Positions 19,122-36,020 of a stretch of 64,000 nucleotides of DNA are shown one piece after another (within the stretch, counting starts at the first letter, position 1; each line of letters starts with the position of its first letter). Where the stretch lies: the sequence record MN850610.1. One strand, written 5' to 3'. A program made the translations under genes and the position numbers. Below the pieces are notes generated by a model. It had not been told where the DNA came from. It was given only the letters and a program-made list of their open reading frames with translations, and did not search any database. Source of the stretch: Escherichia phage Andreotti.

Positions 19122-19505
19122 ATGAAAAAGGTTTTATTAGCTGCTGCAATGGTTATGGCAATGAATTTACCAGTTAATGCAACAGAACTTCCAAATGTGG
19201 ACTTATCAGGTGTTCCAGAAGACACTTGCCAGATTGTTAAAGGTGTTGCTCTAGCTAATGGTGAGTTACTTAAACCAATCTCTGAAGAGTCTTTAACAGA
19301 GATGACTGATAAGGTAACTGACTATCAGTATCGTGTTCTTGCAGAGTATTTCCTACAATCTGCAAATATTAAAGAGAAGCACCCTGATGATATTGATGTA
19401 CAGGCTATGCTCAATCATCGTATTCAGTTTAAAGAAGACTTGATGCAAAAAGCTATGTATGGTGTTGAGTATTTCTTAGAAAACAGAAGCTGCACAGGTA
19501 TTTGA
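19122..19505 (+). CDS. secreted/periplasmic protein (127 aa) with Sec-type signal peptide
   Basis: N-terminus MKKVLLAAAMVMAMNLPVNA-TE (positive n-region, hydrophobic core, AxA-like cleavage site). Confidence 0.55.
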   Translation: MKKVLLAAAMVMAMNLPVNATELPNVDLSGVPEDTCQIVKGVALANGELLKPISEESLTEMTDKVTDYQYRVLAEYFLQSANIKEKHPDDIDVQAMLNHRIQFKEDLMQKAMYGVEYFLENRSCTGI

Positions 19506-19506
19506 T

Positions 19507-19719
19507 ATGGCTCTTAAAAAGTTACATCCCAGAAGCGGTTATGGTAAGATAATTGACGATACAGACGGCTTTACAGTCTTTACAGTCATCTGTCAAGATG
19601 ATTCACAGATTGAAAAGGTTCTTGATGATTATCTTAATGATGAACGTGAAAAGGTTAGAGCTACAAACATAGATTCATTGCTTGACACTTCACGCAAACG
19701 GAAGAAGAAAGATGAATGA
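19507..19719 (+). CDS. hypothetical protein (70 aa)
   Basis: ORF track; tightly coupled to flanking ORFs. Confidence 0.4.
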   Translation: MALKKLHPRSGYGKIIDDTDGFTVFTVICQDDSQIEKVLDDYLNDEREKVRATNIDSLLDTSRKRKKKDE

Positions 19720-20011
19720 GGTTTTTGACCCTTATGCCCCACAAGATGATTGGGAGGCTGATAGAGAGGCTGAAATGGAGAGTTATATTTGTCCAATGGA
19801 TGTAGACGAAATGAGAGACTTCGTTGCACATCGTTTTAAGAGAGAGATTAAATCCAGAGGTCTTTCTCAAGAGCAAGTTGCTAAAATTTGTGGTATCTCT
19901 CAGGCTCGTGTATCCAACATAATCCATCTCACTGGTAACGTCTCCCTTGAGTATATGTTGGAAGTATGTGAAAAATTTGGTGTTAATTTCAATTTAAGGT
20001 TGGCAGATTAA
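19712..20011 (+). CDS. helix-turn-helix DNA-binding protein (about 99 aa)
   Basis: HTH-like segment LSQEQVAKICGISQARVSNI; start set to MNEV at 19712. Confidence 0.5.
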   Translation: MNEVFDPYAPQDDWEADREAEMESYICPMDVDEMRDFVAHRFKREIKSRGLSQEQVAKICGISQARVSNIIHLTGNVSLEYMLEVCEKFGVNFNLRLAD

Positions 20012-20012
20012 T

Positions 20013-20372
20013 ATGAAACGTGAAAACATTATCCACTCTGAAAACTTCGCATTAGGCTTTTATGGCGTACCAACTCACCTTGAAAAGTATTATGGTGTGA
20101 AGATTCTCTCCAATCTCATTATGGCTTACAAAGATGGTAAGATTAAGCACACTGAGAAGAAACGTGTCATGGGCTATATGGCTGTAGGTTCAGCAATCTC
20201 GAACATTAAGCTGGAAACCACTAGCAGTCAGATTGTAAAAGACCACTTCATCAAAGAGCTTTACCAGAATCTTGATGGTGTAGATGTTCAGGCTGTTTGG
20301 TTGGATGTTGATGGTCATAATTACACAAGTTTTGTTTTCAAAAACGATGACATTAAGTGTTTGTTCCCATAA
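20013..20372 (+). CDS. hypothetical protein (119 aa)
   Basis: ORF track. Confidence 0.5.
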   Translation: MKRENIIHSENFALGFYGVPTHLEKYYGVKILSNLIMAYKDGKIKHTEKKRVMGYMAVGSAISNIKLETTSSQIVKDHFIKELYQNLDGVDVQAVWLDVDGHNYTSFVFKNDDIKCLFP

Positions 20373-20385
20373 TAGGTGATTAACT

Positions 20386-20901
20386 ATGATTGATATCTTC
20401 TTACAAGATGCTCATGCAGACTTCCTTAAAGAGATGCTTAAAAAGTTTATGGCTTCACAGTATGAGAATGAAGCATCTTTTAAAATAGTTACATGTGGCG
20501 ACGAAGCTGGTTTTGTTGAGATTGAACATGAAGGTACTGGAAAGACTGTTTGTAAGCTACCTGATAGCATGTTCTCTAAAACGTTCTTAACAAAGACTAG
20601 TATAAATGTTAAGCTTGTTCCTCAGATTGAAACATACTCTGGTACAGATTACCCTAAAGGCTTCAAGTCACTGATGAAACACTTCTTAGATGACTTTGTG
20701 AGTAATCTTCTAAGTGAGGTAACAGAAAGCCGTACAATATTAACTGTAGAGAATCTAGGGAACACTATCAGGGTTACTTCTGACCGATATTCTATGAGTC
20801 TCTTCGACTTTGTACCTAAGAACTTTGATGGTATTCTGGATGAAGAAGATGACTGTGTAGACTTTATATTGGTTCTTGAACCAGTTTTTGAGGTTAAATA
20901 G
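20386..20901 (+). CDS. hypothetical acidic protein (171 aa)
   Basis: ORF track. Confidence 0.5.
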   Translation: MIDIFLQDAHADFLKEMLKKFMASQYENEASFKIVTCGDEAGFVEIEHEGTGKTVCKLPDSMFSKTFLTKTSINVKLVPQIETYSGTDYPKGFKSLMKHFLDDFVSNLLSEVTESRTILTVENLGNTIRVTSDRYSMSLFDFVPKNFDGILDEEDDCVDFILVLEPVFEVK

Positions 20902-21162
20902 ATGAAAATTGAACACTGCTATGAGTCTGATGGAACACCTATCCGTTGTCCACATTGTGGGTGTACAGACTTACAAGGCGAGGTAAGTGAAATAGTCAAC
21001 GGTCATATTGCTGAAGAAAGTACCCGATGCACAGTGTGTAATGAAATTATCGCTTTCTGGGCTTATGGTTCATACCAACCCTCTCCACATTTTATCTACC
21101 ATCGTAGTAAAGTTGTGAAGAGTGTCATCAACTGGTTCATTAAGAAAGGGTTTACAAAATGA
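20902..21162 (+). CDS. hypothetical zinc-ribbon-like protein (86 aa)
   Basis: CPHCGC...CTVCN cysteine pairs. Confidence 0.45.
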   Translation: MKIEHCYESDGTPIRCPHCGCTDLQGEVSEIVNGHIAEESTRCTVCNEIIAFWAYGSYQPSPHFIYHRSKVVKSVINWFIKKGFTK

Positions 21163-21704
21163 TTAAACTAATATTTGCAAGTGGTGAAAACGGTGAATTT
21201 GGTACTCCAACTGGTATGCCGTGGCCTCGACATAAACAGGACATGCAAGAGTTTAAGAGACTCACTAAAAATAACTTAGTAGTCATGGGTAATGAGACTT
21301 TTAAGACTCTGGGTAGTAAACCTTTACCAGAACGTTCAAACCTCATCTTAACAAATTCTGTACCATACTTAGGCATAGACTTTGGCAAAGATGATGTAAT
21401 GTATGCTAAAGCCAGTAAAGAGTCATTTGGAGCATTTTTGAAGTATCTTGATAGCTCTATTGATGAAGATGTCTTTGTAATTGGTGGTGCAGGTGTTCTT
21501 GTCGATGCTTTGCCGTATGCTGGTGTAGTTTTCCATACAGTTTTCCATAAAGTCACTGAAGAGGCCACTGTGTATTTACCTTTTGAAAACTTCTTCGATA
21601 AACTGTATGATAACCGTGTATTTGCAAAGGTGCAGTCAAGACCCTCAGATGATGGTAAAGCAACCTTTGAGATTTATGTTCCACAAGTAAAAGGACACTT
21701 TTGA
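21159..21704 (+). CDS. dihydrofolate reductase
   Basis: similar to T4 Frd pattern: MIKLIF..., GMPWPRHKQDMQEFKRLT, VVMGNETFKTLG, VIGGAGVLVDALPYAG; adjacent to thyA. Confidence 0.8.
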   Translation: MIKLIFASGENGEFGTPTGMPWPRHKQDMQEFKRLTKNNLVVMGNETFKTLGSKPLPERSNLILTNSVPYLGIDFGKDDVMYAKASKESFGAFLKYLDSSIDEDVFVIGGAGVLVDALPYAGVVFHTVFHKVTEEATVYLPFENFFDKLYDNRVFAKVQSRPSDDGKATFEIYVPQVKGHF

Positions 21705-21705
21705 T

Positions 21706-22605
21706 ATGTCACAAGCTGATTTGAGTTACAAAAATATCCTGAACCATGTTCTATCTGTTGGTGAACTGCGTACTACACGAACTGGGGATGTTATCTCTGC
21801 ATTTGCTCCACCACAGTTTCGTTTTGATATGCGTACTGGTTTCCCACTCTTAACATCTAAACAGGTGTTTACACGGCAAGTTATTGGGGAAGCTTTATGG
21901 TTCCTGAATGGTGAGAATAAACTTGGCGAACTCCGTTACCGTACTTGGGGTGAAAATGATGGGGAACGCTGGACTATCTGGTCAGATGATTTTAAACGCT
22001 GGTTAAGCTCTAACTATTCTTCTGAGCAAGACTGGTTAGAAGATGCAGGTGGGAGAATCTACGGGGTTCAGTGGAGAAACTTTGAAGGTCATAACGGTTG
22101 TGTTGTAGACCAGTTAGAGACCTTAGTAACGAAGATGAAAGGTGATATCACAGACCGTTACATGCTTGTTAATGCTTGGAATGCAGCAGATATTGCAGCT
22201 AACTCAATGGCTTTAGCACCTTGTCATGTTCTGTTTCAGATTTATATCACTAACGAAGGTGAGGTTGACTTACAATGGTATCAACGTTCTGTAGACACCT
22301 TTTTAGGTCTTCCATTTAACATTGCATCTTATGGTTTTATTCTGGAAGTACTTTGCAAGATGACTGGATATACTCCACGGTACTTGATAGGTGTCTTTGG
22401 GGATACTCAGATTTATCAGAACCATATGAAGCAGGTTTATGAACTGATGAACAATGAAGAGTTCCATGCACCAACTTTTGAGATTGGTCTACAACTTAAT
22501 ACTTTAAGTGACCTGAAACATCTTACTGCAAGTGACTTTATCGGTGGAATTAGTAACTACCAACATGCAGGAAAGATTGAAGCACCTTTGTCAGTAGGTA
22601 AGTAG
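21706..22605 (+). CDS. thyA: thymidylate synthase
   Basis: 299 aa; ThyA-like blocks (RTGDVISAFAPPQFRFDMRTGFPLLTSKQVF, LAPCHVLFQ active-site Cys context); coupled to DHFR. Confidence 0.9.
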   Translation: MSQADLSYKNILNHVLSVGELRTTRTGDVISAFAPPQFRFDMRTGFPLLTSKQVFTRQVIGEALWFLNGENKLGELRYRTWGENDGERWTIWSDDFKRWLSSNYSSEQDWLEDAGGRIYGVQWRNFEGHNGCVVDQLETLVTKMKGDITDRYMLVNAWNAADIAANSMALAPCHVLFQIYITNEGEVDLQWYQRSVDTFLGLPFNIASYGFILEVLCKMTGYTPRYLIGVFGDTQIYQNHMKQVYELMNNEEFHAPTFEIGLQLNTLSDLKHLTASDFIGGISNYQHAGKIEAPLSVGK

Positions 22606-22613
22606 AAACAAAA

Positions 22614-22637
22614 AAGGCTCCCGTAAAAAGGAGCCTT
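22614..22637. terminator. bidirectional rho-independent terminator between convergent thyA and tail-module genes
   Basis: perfect 8-bp stem AAGGCTCC / GGAGCCTT, loop CGTAAAAA, A-run before and T-run after. Confidence 0.65.
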
Positions 22638-22643
22638 AAAATT

Positions 22644-23015
22644 TTATTTTTCAGTATTCTTTGTGTTCTTCTCAGTAATAGCTTGGAGGGCTGATACTGA
22701 TTGAGCCAGATTATTTACACTGTCAGAGAATTTATCAAGAGTTTTGGTAAGTTTTGCGTTTTCACCCTTAACATTCTCTAACTGAACTTTCTGGTTCTCC
22801 ATCCCTAGCTGAATCAGTCTCATGTCAGACTGTAAATCACGAATAGCTGAATAGTTACTTTTGGAATAATTATCTAGCTGCTGTAACTTTGTTGTGACAG
22901 ACACTTCTTGCTTACCACTTGAAACTTGCATAGTGGTATACATCCCAATAACACTAAAAATACCAACAACAATTACACCAATATTGTTTTTAAAAGCTTC
23001 CTCTAGCCACTTCAT
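22644..23015 (-). CDS. membrane-anchored coiled-coil protein (123 aa)
   Basis: N-terminal hydrophobic helix IGVIVVGIFSVIGMYTT followed by coiled-coil-like sequence. Confidence 0.5.
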   Translation of the reverse strand: MKWLEEAFKNNIGVIVVGIFSVIGMYTTMQVSSGKQEVSVTTKLQQLDNYSKSNYSAIRDLQSDMRLIQLGMENQKVQLENVKGENAKLTKTLDKFSDSVNNLAQSVSALQAITEKNTKNTEK

Positions 23016-23209
23016 TTATTCTCCCCCTTAAAAGCTTTTTCTAAGTTATCTACGAACTCATCATCAATAGGTGTGTCTGTTTTACTCGCAAGATATCTTG
23101 CAAGCCTAAAGAACACTTTCTCAATCATGTATTCACTTAGAAGGGATAAAATGAGTTTCCAGAAGAAGCTACCTAGATTTTTTAGAAGAATTGCTAGGAT
23201 TGTAGGCAT
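23012..23209 (-). CDS. hypothetical small protein with hydrophobic N-terminal segment (65 aa)
   Basis: ORF track; downstream of tail fibre gene. Confidence 0.4.
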   Translation of the reverse strand: MPTILAILLKNLGSFFWKLILSLLSEYMIEKVFFRLARYLASKTDTPIDDEFVDNLEKAFKGENK

Positions 23210-23288
23210 TTAATCACCTCATCAGCCAAGATGGTGAGAATACCCATAAAGAATATTAACACCATCTTAACAATCAGTCAACAAGGGA

Positions 23289-25631
23289 TTAAGCAGTTCT
23301 CACCCAAGCCATTAACTTGTAGAACTGGTTAGTAACACTAAATGCTGAACCAGAACCTGTACCACCAGTGTTACCACTTACTGTATGACTGTGAGCACCA
23401 ATACCAACACTGTGAGCATGGTTACCAGCAGAAGCGGCAGTACCACTTACGGAGTGGGTGTGAGCACCGTTAGCATCGGTGTAACCCGGTCCTACACCAA
23501 TACTACCACCACCACCACCAGAGTAGTGTGTAGAGTTCTGACCAATCCACGAAATGGAATGGTTGTGGTTACCAGCAGATGAAGTAGAGCCACTTACAGA
23601 GTGAGTGTGAGCACCAGTCGTGTTAGTGTTTTTTGTTCCGTAGTCAAACGATGAGGTAGTCGCAGAAAAACTGTGCGTGTGCGAAGGTAAGTTACCAACA
23701 GCTAACGTTACAGAATCTGAACCACCAGTTGTAGCAACATCTGAACCATTTGCTGCTGCAATTCTAATAGTCCTACCAACACCATTCTTCAGATACGTCC
23801 AAGTTAGGCCAGGCAGTGCTGTATTAGGGTTAACATTACTGTTAAACCACGTCACAATACCTACTGGATAGATTTTATTCAGGTCTGTAGAGTCACTAAT
23901 TGCTTCTGCAATCTTCTGGTCAGTTTCAGCTTTAGTGTATGCACCAATCTCTGAAGGGGTAGGTTTCTGAGCTTCAGTGTAAACCTTAGACCATTCAACC
24001 TCAAAGCCAAGTGTGTCTCTGGCTGACCTGTACCACATCCCACCATTTTTCGATTCAAATCTTAATTGTGCAGATGGTGTTAGGGCTTTCGCATTAGAGG
24101 CCATGTGCAAGACTAAACGGTTTTGCCCACTAGATTTTGTCTCAAGATAGATTCCTGATGGTTGGTCCCAAGCCACACCACCAGCAGCCTCGGTCTTCGA
24201 AGCTCTGAATGCTGACCAGAAATACTTTGAATCGGCTTTGTCTTTACCGTAATACCTTGCATCAAAGTTTGTGAAGTTGCTAGGTTGTACTTGACCACCA
24301 ATTACTAAGTTTGCATTAATTGATACTTCGGAACCAATGCTTAGTCTTTTACCAGTTTTATAGTTATACAACCTAACAGTGTCACTGCCGTCGTCATCAT
24401 TGCCAACATACCACCTATTCGTTCCATCATAATCCTTACCCATAATGTAAAGTTCGGAGGTTGATTTTCCTTGTAACACGAGAGCTTCACCATTAGTGTT
24501 AATAACCTGCTTTGCAGTGAACGTGTTACTTCCATTAGTTCTTGCAATTGTACTTAATGTTGCTGCTGGAATGTATCTAGAGTCAATGTTAGCCCAATCT
24601 GAAGGCTGAACTTGACCAGTGATTTTCACAGTCTTAGTAGTGGTAATCACATTTGACAAAGAGATAGTTGTACTCGTGGTGTAGTTATGTAGGTTGACTA
24701 CAGAATCAGAGTTATCAGTCCCTAAGTAGAACTTGTTTGTCCCATCAGCCTTCTGCCCCAGCAAGTATAGTCCAGTTGCAGCAGTGGCATTCTTAATGAC
24801 TAGTACAGCGTTATCTCTGGTGATATTGAACTCTCCTACAAAATTGTTAATACCCCTGAAGGTGTTATTGCCAACTAGCTGTGCAAATCTCTGATTAGCT
24901 GCTGTCTGTGTGAAGTATCTTGCATCCAAGTTAGAGAAGTCAGAAGGTTGCACTTGACCATTGATTGATAAAGACCTATTAAAAGAAGCAGCCGTGCCTA
25001 GAGTGAGGATGGAACCTAGTTTACTCTCGATTTGAACATCAAGACTACCCCTAATCAGGTTCCCAATAGCCCAAGTTTTTTCATTACTTGCATCCCTACC
25101 TACAATAGCAGAGTATGCTCTATCCCCACTCACAGGAGACCTTAGTGTTAACTGTTCCCCATTTGCTACAATTGTCTGTCTAGAGTTAAATGTGTTTGTA
25201 ACAGCCAACCTTGCATATCTTGCGTCATTCTCTTCATTAGTTCTCATCCCAAGTTCATTAGGGCTTGGCTTATTCAGAGTATGATAAACAGTTGCAGACC
25301 TTGAAGCATCTGCAATAGTTAGTTTAAGACCGTTTGCATTGATTTTAAAAGCCTTTAAAACATCCCCCATAGTAATCTCAGAAGAGTCTGTAGGGTCAAA
25401 TACTGCCTTACCACCATAAAGTAACTTGACAATTCCTAAGTCACCCGTCATAGTGCTACCAGCAATCTGAACAAATCTTTCTAGTTTAAAAGACGCTAAG
25501 AAGTCTTGATAGGTCATTCGACGGTCTTCATCACCTAACATTTCAGGTCTCTTTTTAACCCTGACATGGAGAAGGTCGTCTGAACGGATTGTGTCGATTG
25601 AGTTTAATTCACTCAACTTGTAATCTGCCAT
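23289..25631 (-). CDS. tail fibre protein (780 aa) with His-rich HxH repeats near C-terminus
   Basis: Ser/Thr/Gly/Asn-rich repeats; C-terminal AHTHSV, NHNHSI, AHSHTV, NHAHSV motifs; C-terminus paralogous to 25678-26826. Confidence 0.7.
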   Translation of the reverse strand: MADYKLSELNSIDTIRSDDLLHVRVKKRPEMLGDEDRRMTYQDFLASFKLERFVQIAGSTMTGDLGIVKLLYGGKAVFDPTDSSEITMGDVLKAFKINANGLKLTIADASRSATVYHTLNKPSPNELGMRTNEENDARYARLAVTNTFNSRQTIVANGEQLTLRSPVSGDRAYSAIVGRDASNEKTWAIGNLIRGSLDVQIESKLGSILTLGTAASFNRSLSINGQVQPSDFSNLDARYFTQTAANQRFAQLVGNNTFRGINNFVGEFNITRDNAVLVIKNATAATGLYLLGQKADGTNKFYLGTDNSDSVVNLHNYTTSTTISLSNVITTTKTVKITGQVQPSDWANIDSRYIPAATLSTIARTNGSNTFTAKQVINTNGEALVLQGKSTSELYIMGKDYDGTNRWYVGNDDDGSDTVRLYNYKTGKRLSIGSEVSINANLVIGGQVQPSNFTNFDARYYGKDKADSKYFWSAFRASKTEAAGGVAWDQPSGIYLETKSSGQNRLVLHMASNAKALTPSAQLRFESKNGGMWYRSARDTLGFEVEWSKVYTEAQKPTPSEIGAYTKAETDQKIAEAISDSTDLNKIYPVGIVTWFNSNVNPNTALPGLTWTYLKNGVGRTIRIAAANGSDVATTGGSDSVTLAVGNLPSHTHSFSATTSSFDYGTKNTNTTGAHTHSVSGSTSSAGNHNHSISWIGQNSTHYSGGGGGSIGVGPGYTDANGAHTHSVSGTAASAGNHAHSVGIGAHSHTVSGNTGGTGSGSAFSVTNQFYKLMAWVRTA

Positions 25632-25677
25632 TATAAATTTTCCTCTTAAAAGGGGCTATACAGCCCCTGTAAAGAAA

Positions 25678-26826
25678 TTAAGCTGTTCTCTGCCATACAT
25701 ACAATACGAAGGATGGCTGTTCAACACTAAATGCTTGACCAGAACCAGTTGGACCAGTTGTGCCAGAGTGCGAATGCTCACCTGCTCCGGTTACTGTTAC
25801 TGTTGCTGAGTGGCTGTGGGAACCAATTGCAACAGAATGGCTGTGAGCACCAATACCAACCGTATGATTATGCGCACCAATTGCTACAGAGTGAGTGTGG
25901 TTGTTAGCTGTTGTCAACGTAGCTCTTGGGTCATAGCTTGCCCCCTCAACCGATAAACCTCTCCAGCCACCATCAGCATAGCCACGGTTAATGAATGTTG
26001 TTTGTGTTAAGCCAGCGGCACTTGTTGTTCTGTTGCCATAGTCGTAAGTAGATACGGTCTTGGTTCCGTAGTCAAACGTTGTAGTCCCTTTAGTGCCATA
26101 ATCAAAAGCACTGATAGAGGACGTTGCACCATGAGTGTGACCGCCACCAGTGACATACACTGAGTGGGTATGTGCAGGGATGTTATTAACCGTCAATGCA
26201 GTAGTCTGTGAACCAAACGTTGAACCAACTGGCCTAGAAGCACTATCATAACCTACAAGTGCTCTTCCTTTTGAAACTAACTCCCAAGTGCCTCCACAAA
26301 TTAAATATGTAGAAGGGTTTGCAGGATTCATAGAGAGATGGATAGTACCTACTGGATAAGAAGCCTGAACAGCCTTGTACAAGTTATTTACTGCTCTTGC
26401 TGTAGCATACTTATCTGCATCCTCGTTATAAAGGTTAGATGTCACCCAGTTCTGAACATTACTTAACCCAACCTGTGCCTTAGTGGTATTGTGTGGGTTG
26501 CTCTTATCATCAATATGTTGTTGAATAAGATTATTAACCTCTTCTGAAGACATAATCTGTAGATTTGCTCTTGCCTCAGCTACATTAACAATGTCTGATA
26601 AGTTATTTTCAGCAACTAACTGGAGAGCATTAATAACGTTATCTAAACCAATTTGTGTCTTAGTAACACCATGAGGGTTATTTCTTAGGCTTGAGTGTGG
26701 AGCAAGTAATTGCTCAAGAGTGCATCTCTTATCCTCGATACCCTGTTTAAGATGGAAGATATCACTAAGGTCAATTGGTAAGGCTGCTTGAGGCAAGGCA
26801 CTAATTTGAATTTCACCTACTGCCAT
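25678..26826 (-). CDS. tail fibre protein (382 aa), paralogous C-terminal domain
   Basis: HTHSV / HNHTV / HSHSV repeats; C-terminal ...GSGQAFSVEQPSFVLYVWQRTA like ...GSGSAFSVTNQFYKLMAWVRTA. Confidence 0.65.
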   Translation of the reverse strand: MAVGEIQISALPQAALPIDLSDIFHLKQGIEDKRCTLEQLLAPHSSLRNNPHGVTKTQIGLDNVINALQLVAENNLSDIVNVAEARANLQIMSSEEVNNLIQQHIDDKSNPHNTTKAQVGLSNVQNWVTSNLYNEDADKYATARAVNNLYKAVQASYPVGTIHLSMNPANPSTYLICGGTWELVSKGRALVGYDSASRPVGSTFGSQTTALTVNNIPAHTHSVYVTGGGHTHGATSSISAFDYGTKGTTTFDYGTKTVSTYDYGNRTTSAAGLTQTTFINRGYADGGWRGLSVEGASYDPRATLTTANNHTHSVAIGAHNHTVGIGAHSHSVAIGSHSHSATVTVTGAGEHSHSGTTGPTGSGQAFSVEQPSFVLYVWQRTA

Positions 26827-26828
26827 TA

Positions 26829-34844
<8,016 letters not shown>

Positions 34845-34845
<1 letters not shown>

Positions 34846-35084
34846 TACATTTTTCCTGCTCTTCTAAGTTCGTTGTAAGCAATTTCCTCTTTATACGACC
34901 TCTGAATTTCAAGAAATTGTCTCAATGATAATAAATCAGAGAATGTCATAGCAAAGAGTTGGTCAAGTGTTTCTTTACACCCTTCCATACCATAAATAGC
35001 AAGCACAAATTTCATCTCGTCTGCTTCTTCATAGGTTGCCTCTACAGCAGCATCAGTTAGTGGTGTCTGTAGAGTGTTACCCAT
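34845..35084 (-). CDS. tail assembly chaperone-like small protein (79 aa)
   Basis: position between tube and tape measure genes. Confidence 0.4.
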
Positions 35085-35086
35085 GT

Positions 35087-35485
35087 TTACTGAGAAGTTA
35101 GGCTTTTGAAAATGCTTGCTTCGAAAAAACTTCCGAAGTTTGCCTCCAGCGCAAATGCTAAGTAATCAATGAACTCACCATAGTTTGCTTGGAAGTACGT
35201 ATCAATATTAAGTGGGAAGTCATCAACAGTTGCCCCTTGAAATAACAGGGTTGCCATCTCTTCAAGGTTAATTTCTTCAATTCTGTCAAAACAAGCTTCA
35301 ACAAGCTCTTTAAATGGAACCATTGGAGCTTCTTTCTTATCTTTATCCGTAAGACTTGACAGCATCTGTGCAAATGTTGGAACAACAATTTTACCCAACT
35401 TCATAGACATCTTAATACCATCTCTTGCCCCAAGCAGGATGATATTTACTTTCTTACCATTAATTACTCTAGATTCTGTTTTCAT
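35087..35485 (-). CDS. tail assembly chaperone-like protein (132 aa)
   Basis: position between tube and tape measure genes. Confidence 0.4.
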   Translation of the reverse strand: MKTESRVINGKKVNIILLGARDGIKMSMKLGKIVVPTFAQMLSSLTDKDKKEAPMVPFKELVEACFDRIEEINLEEMATLLFQGATVDDFPLNIDTYFQANYGEFIDYLAFALEANFGSFFEASIFKSLTSQ

Positions 35486-35520
35486 TGTGATTCCTTAATA
35501 CTTTTAAAAGAAACAAAAAA

Positions 35521-35550
35521 GGGGAAGACCTTTTAAAGTCTCCCCCTTAT
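35521..35550 (-). terminator. candidate terminator/attenuator after tail tube gene
   Basis: GGGGAAGAC...GTCTCCCC hairpin with A-run on plus side (U-run on minus transcript). Confidence 0.4.
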
Positions 35551-35558
35551 AGGATTTA

Positions 35559-36005
35559 TTAAACACTTGACGCTGGAATTGTAGAAGTGTAGTCTAACTT
35601 CTCACAACCAAAAATCCAAGTTTTAGAGTTCTGGTCACGACCAAGTTCAATCTGCGGTAACTCCTGCAACCAAGCGTTAATACCAGTTGCCAGAACAGAG
35701 CCTGATGGGTCGTAGATTACGAAGTTAGAAGAGATATCTTCTTCAAGTTCCATATTGTCTTGTTTAGCTTGAATTGCAGAAAGCATCTGGTTAGAGAGAG
35801 AAGTCTGCATTAACTCAATCTCAATAGTACCTGTCTTGTCTGCATTTCTTGTCAGAGCAACTTGACCACCTGCACCAACAACTGGTGTCACGAGTGGTGA
35901 TGTTCTCTGTAGACGCAAGAATGAGTCTGGGGCAAAGCCTTCAATGGCAATACCATTCCAGCTACATACAACGTCTTTAGGGGAATATTGCTGATACATA
36001 GCCAT
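35559..36005 (-). CDS. tail tube protein (by size and position)
   Basis: 148 aa directly downstream of the 450-aa sheath-like gene. Confidence 0.5.
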   Translation of the reverse strand: MAMYQQYSPKDVVCSWNGIAIEGFAPDSFLRLQRTSPLVTPVVGAGGQVALTRNADKTGTIEIELMQTSLSNQMLSAIQAKQDNMELEEDISSNFVIYDPSGSVLATGINAWLQELPQIELGRDQNSKTWIFGCEKLDYTSTIPASSV

Positions 36006-36020
36006 TCCAATTTACCTCTA

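Noticed and set aside
19712-20011. HTH protein as a CI-type lysogeny repressor indicating a temperate phage
   Set aside because: No integrase, excisionase, attachment site or Cro partner in the window; gene content is that of a virulent phage, so the HTH protein is more likely a transcriptional regulator of the lytic programme.
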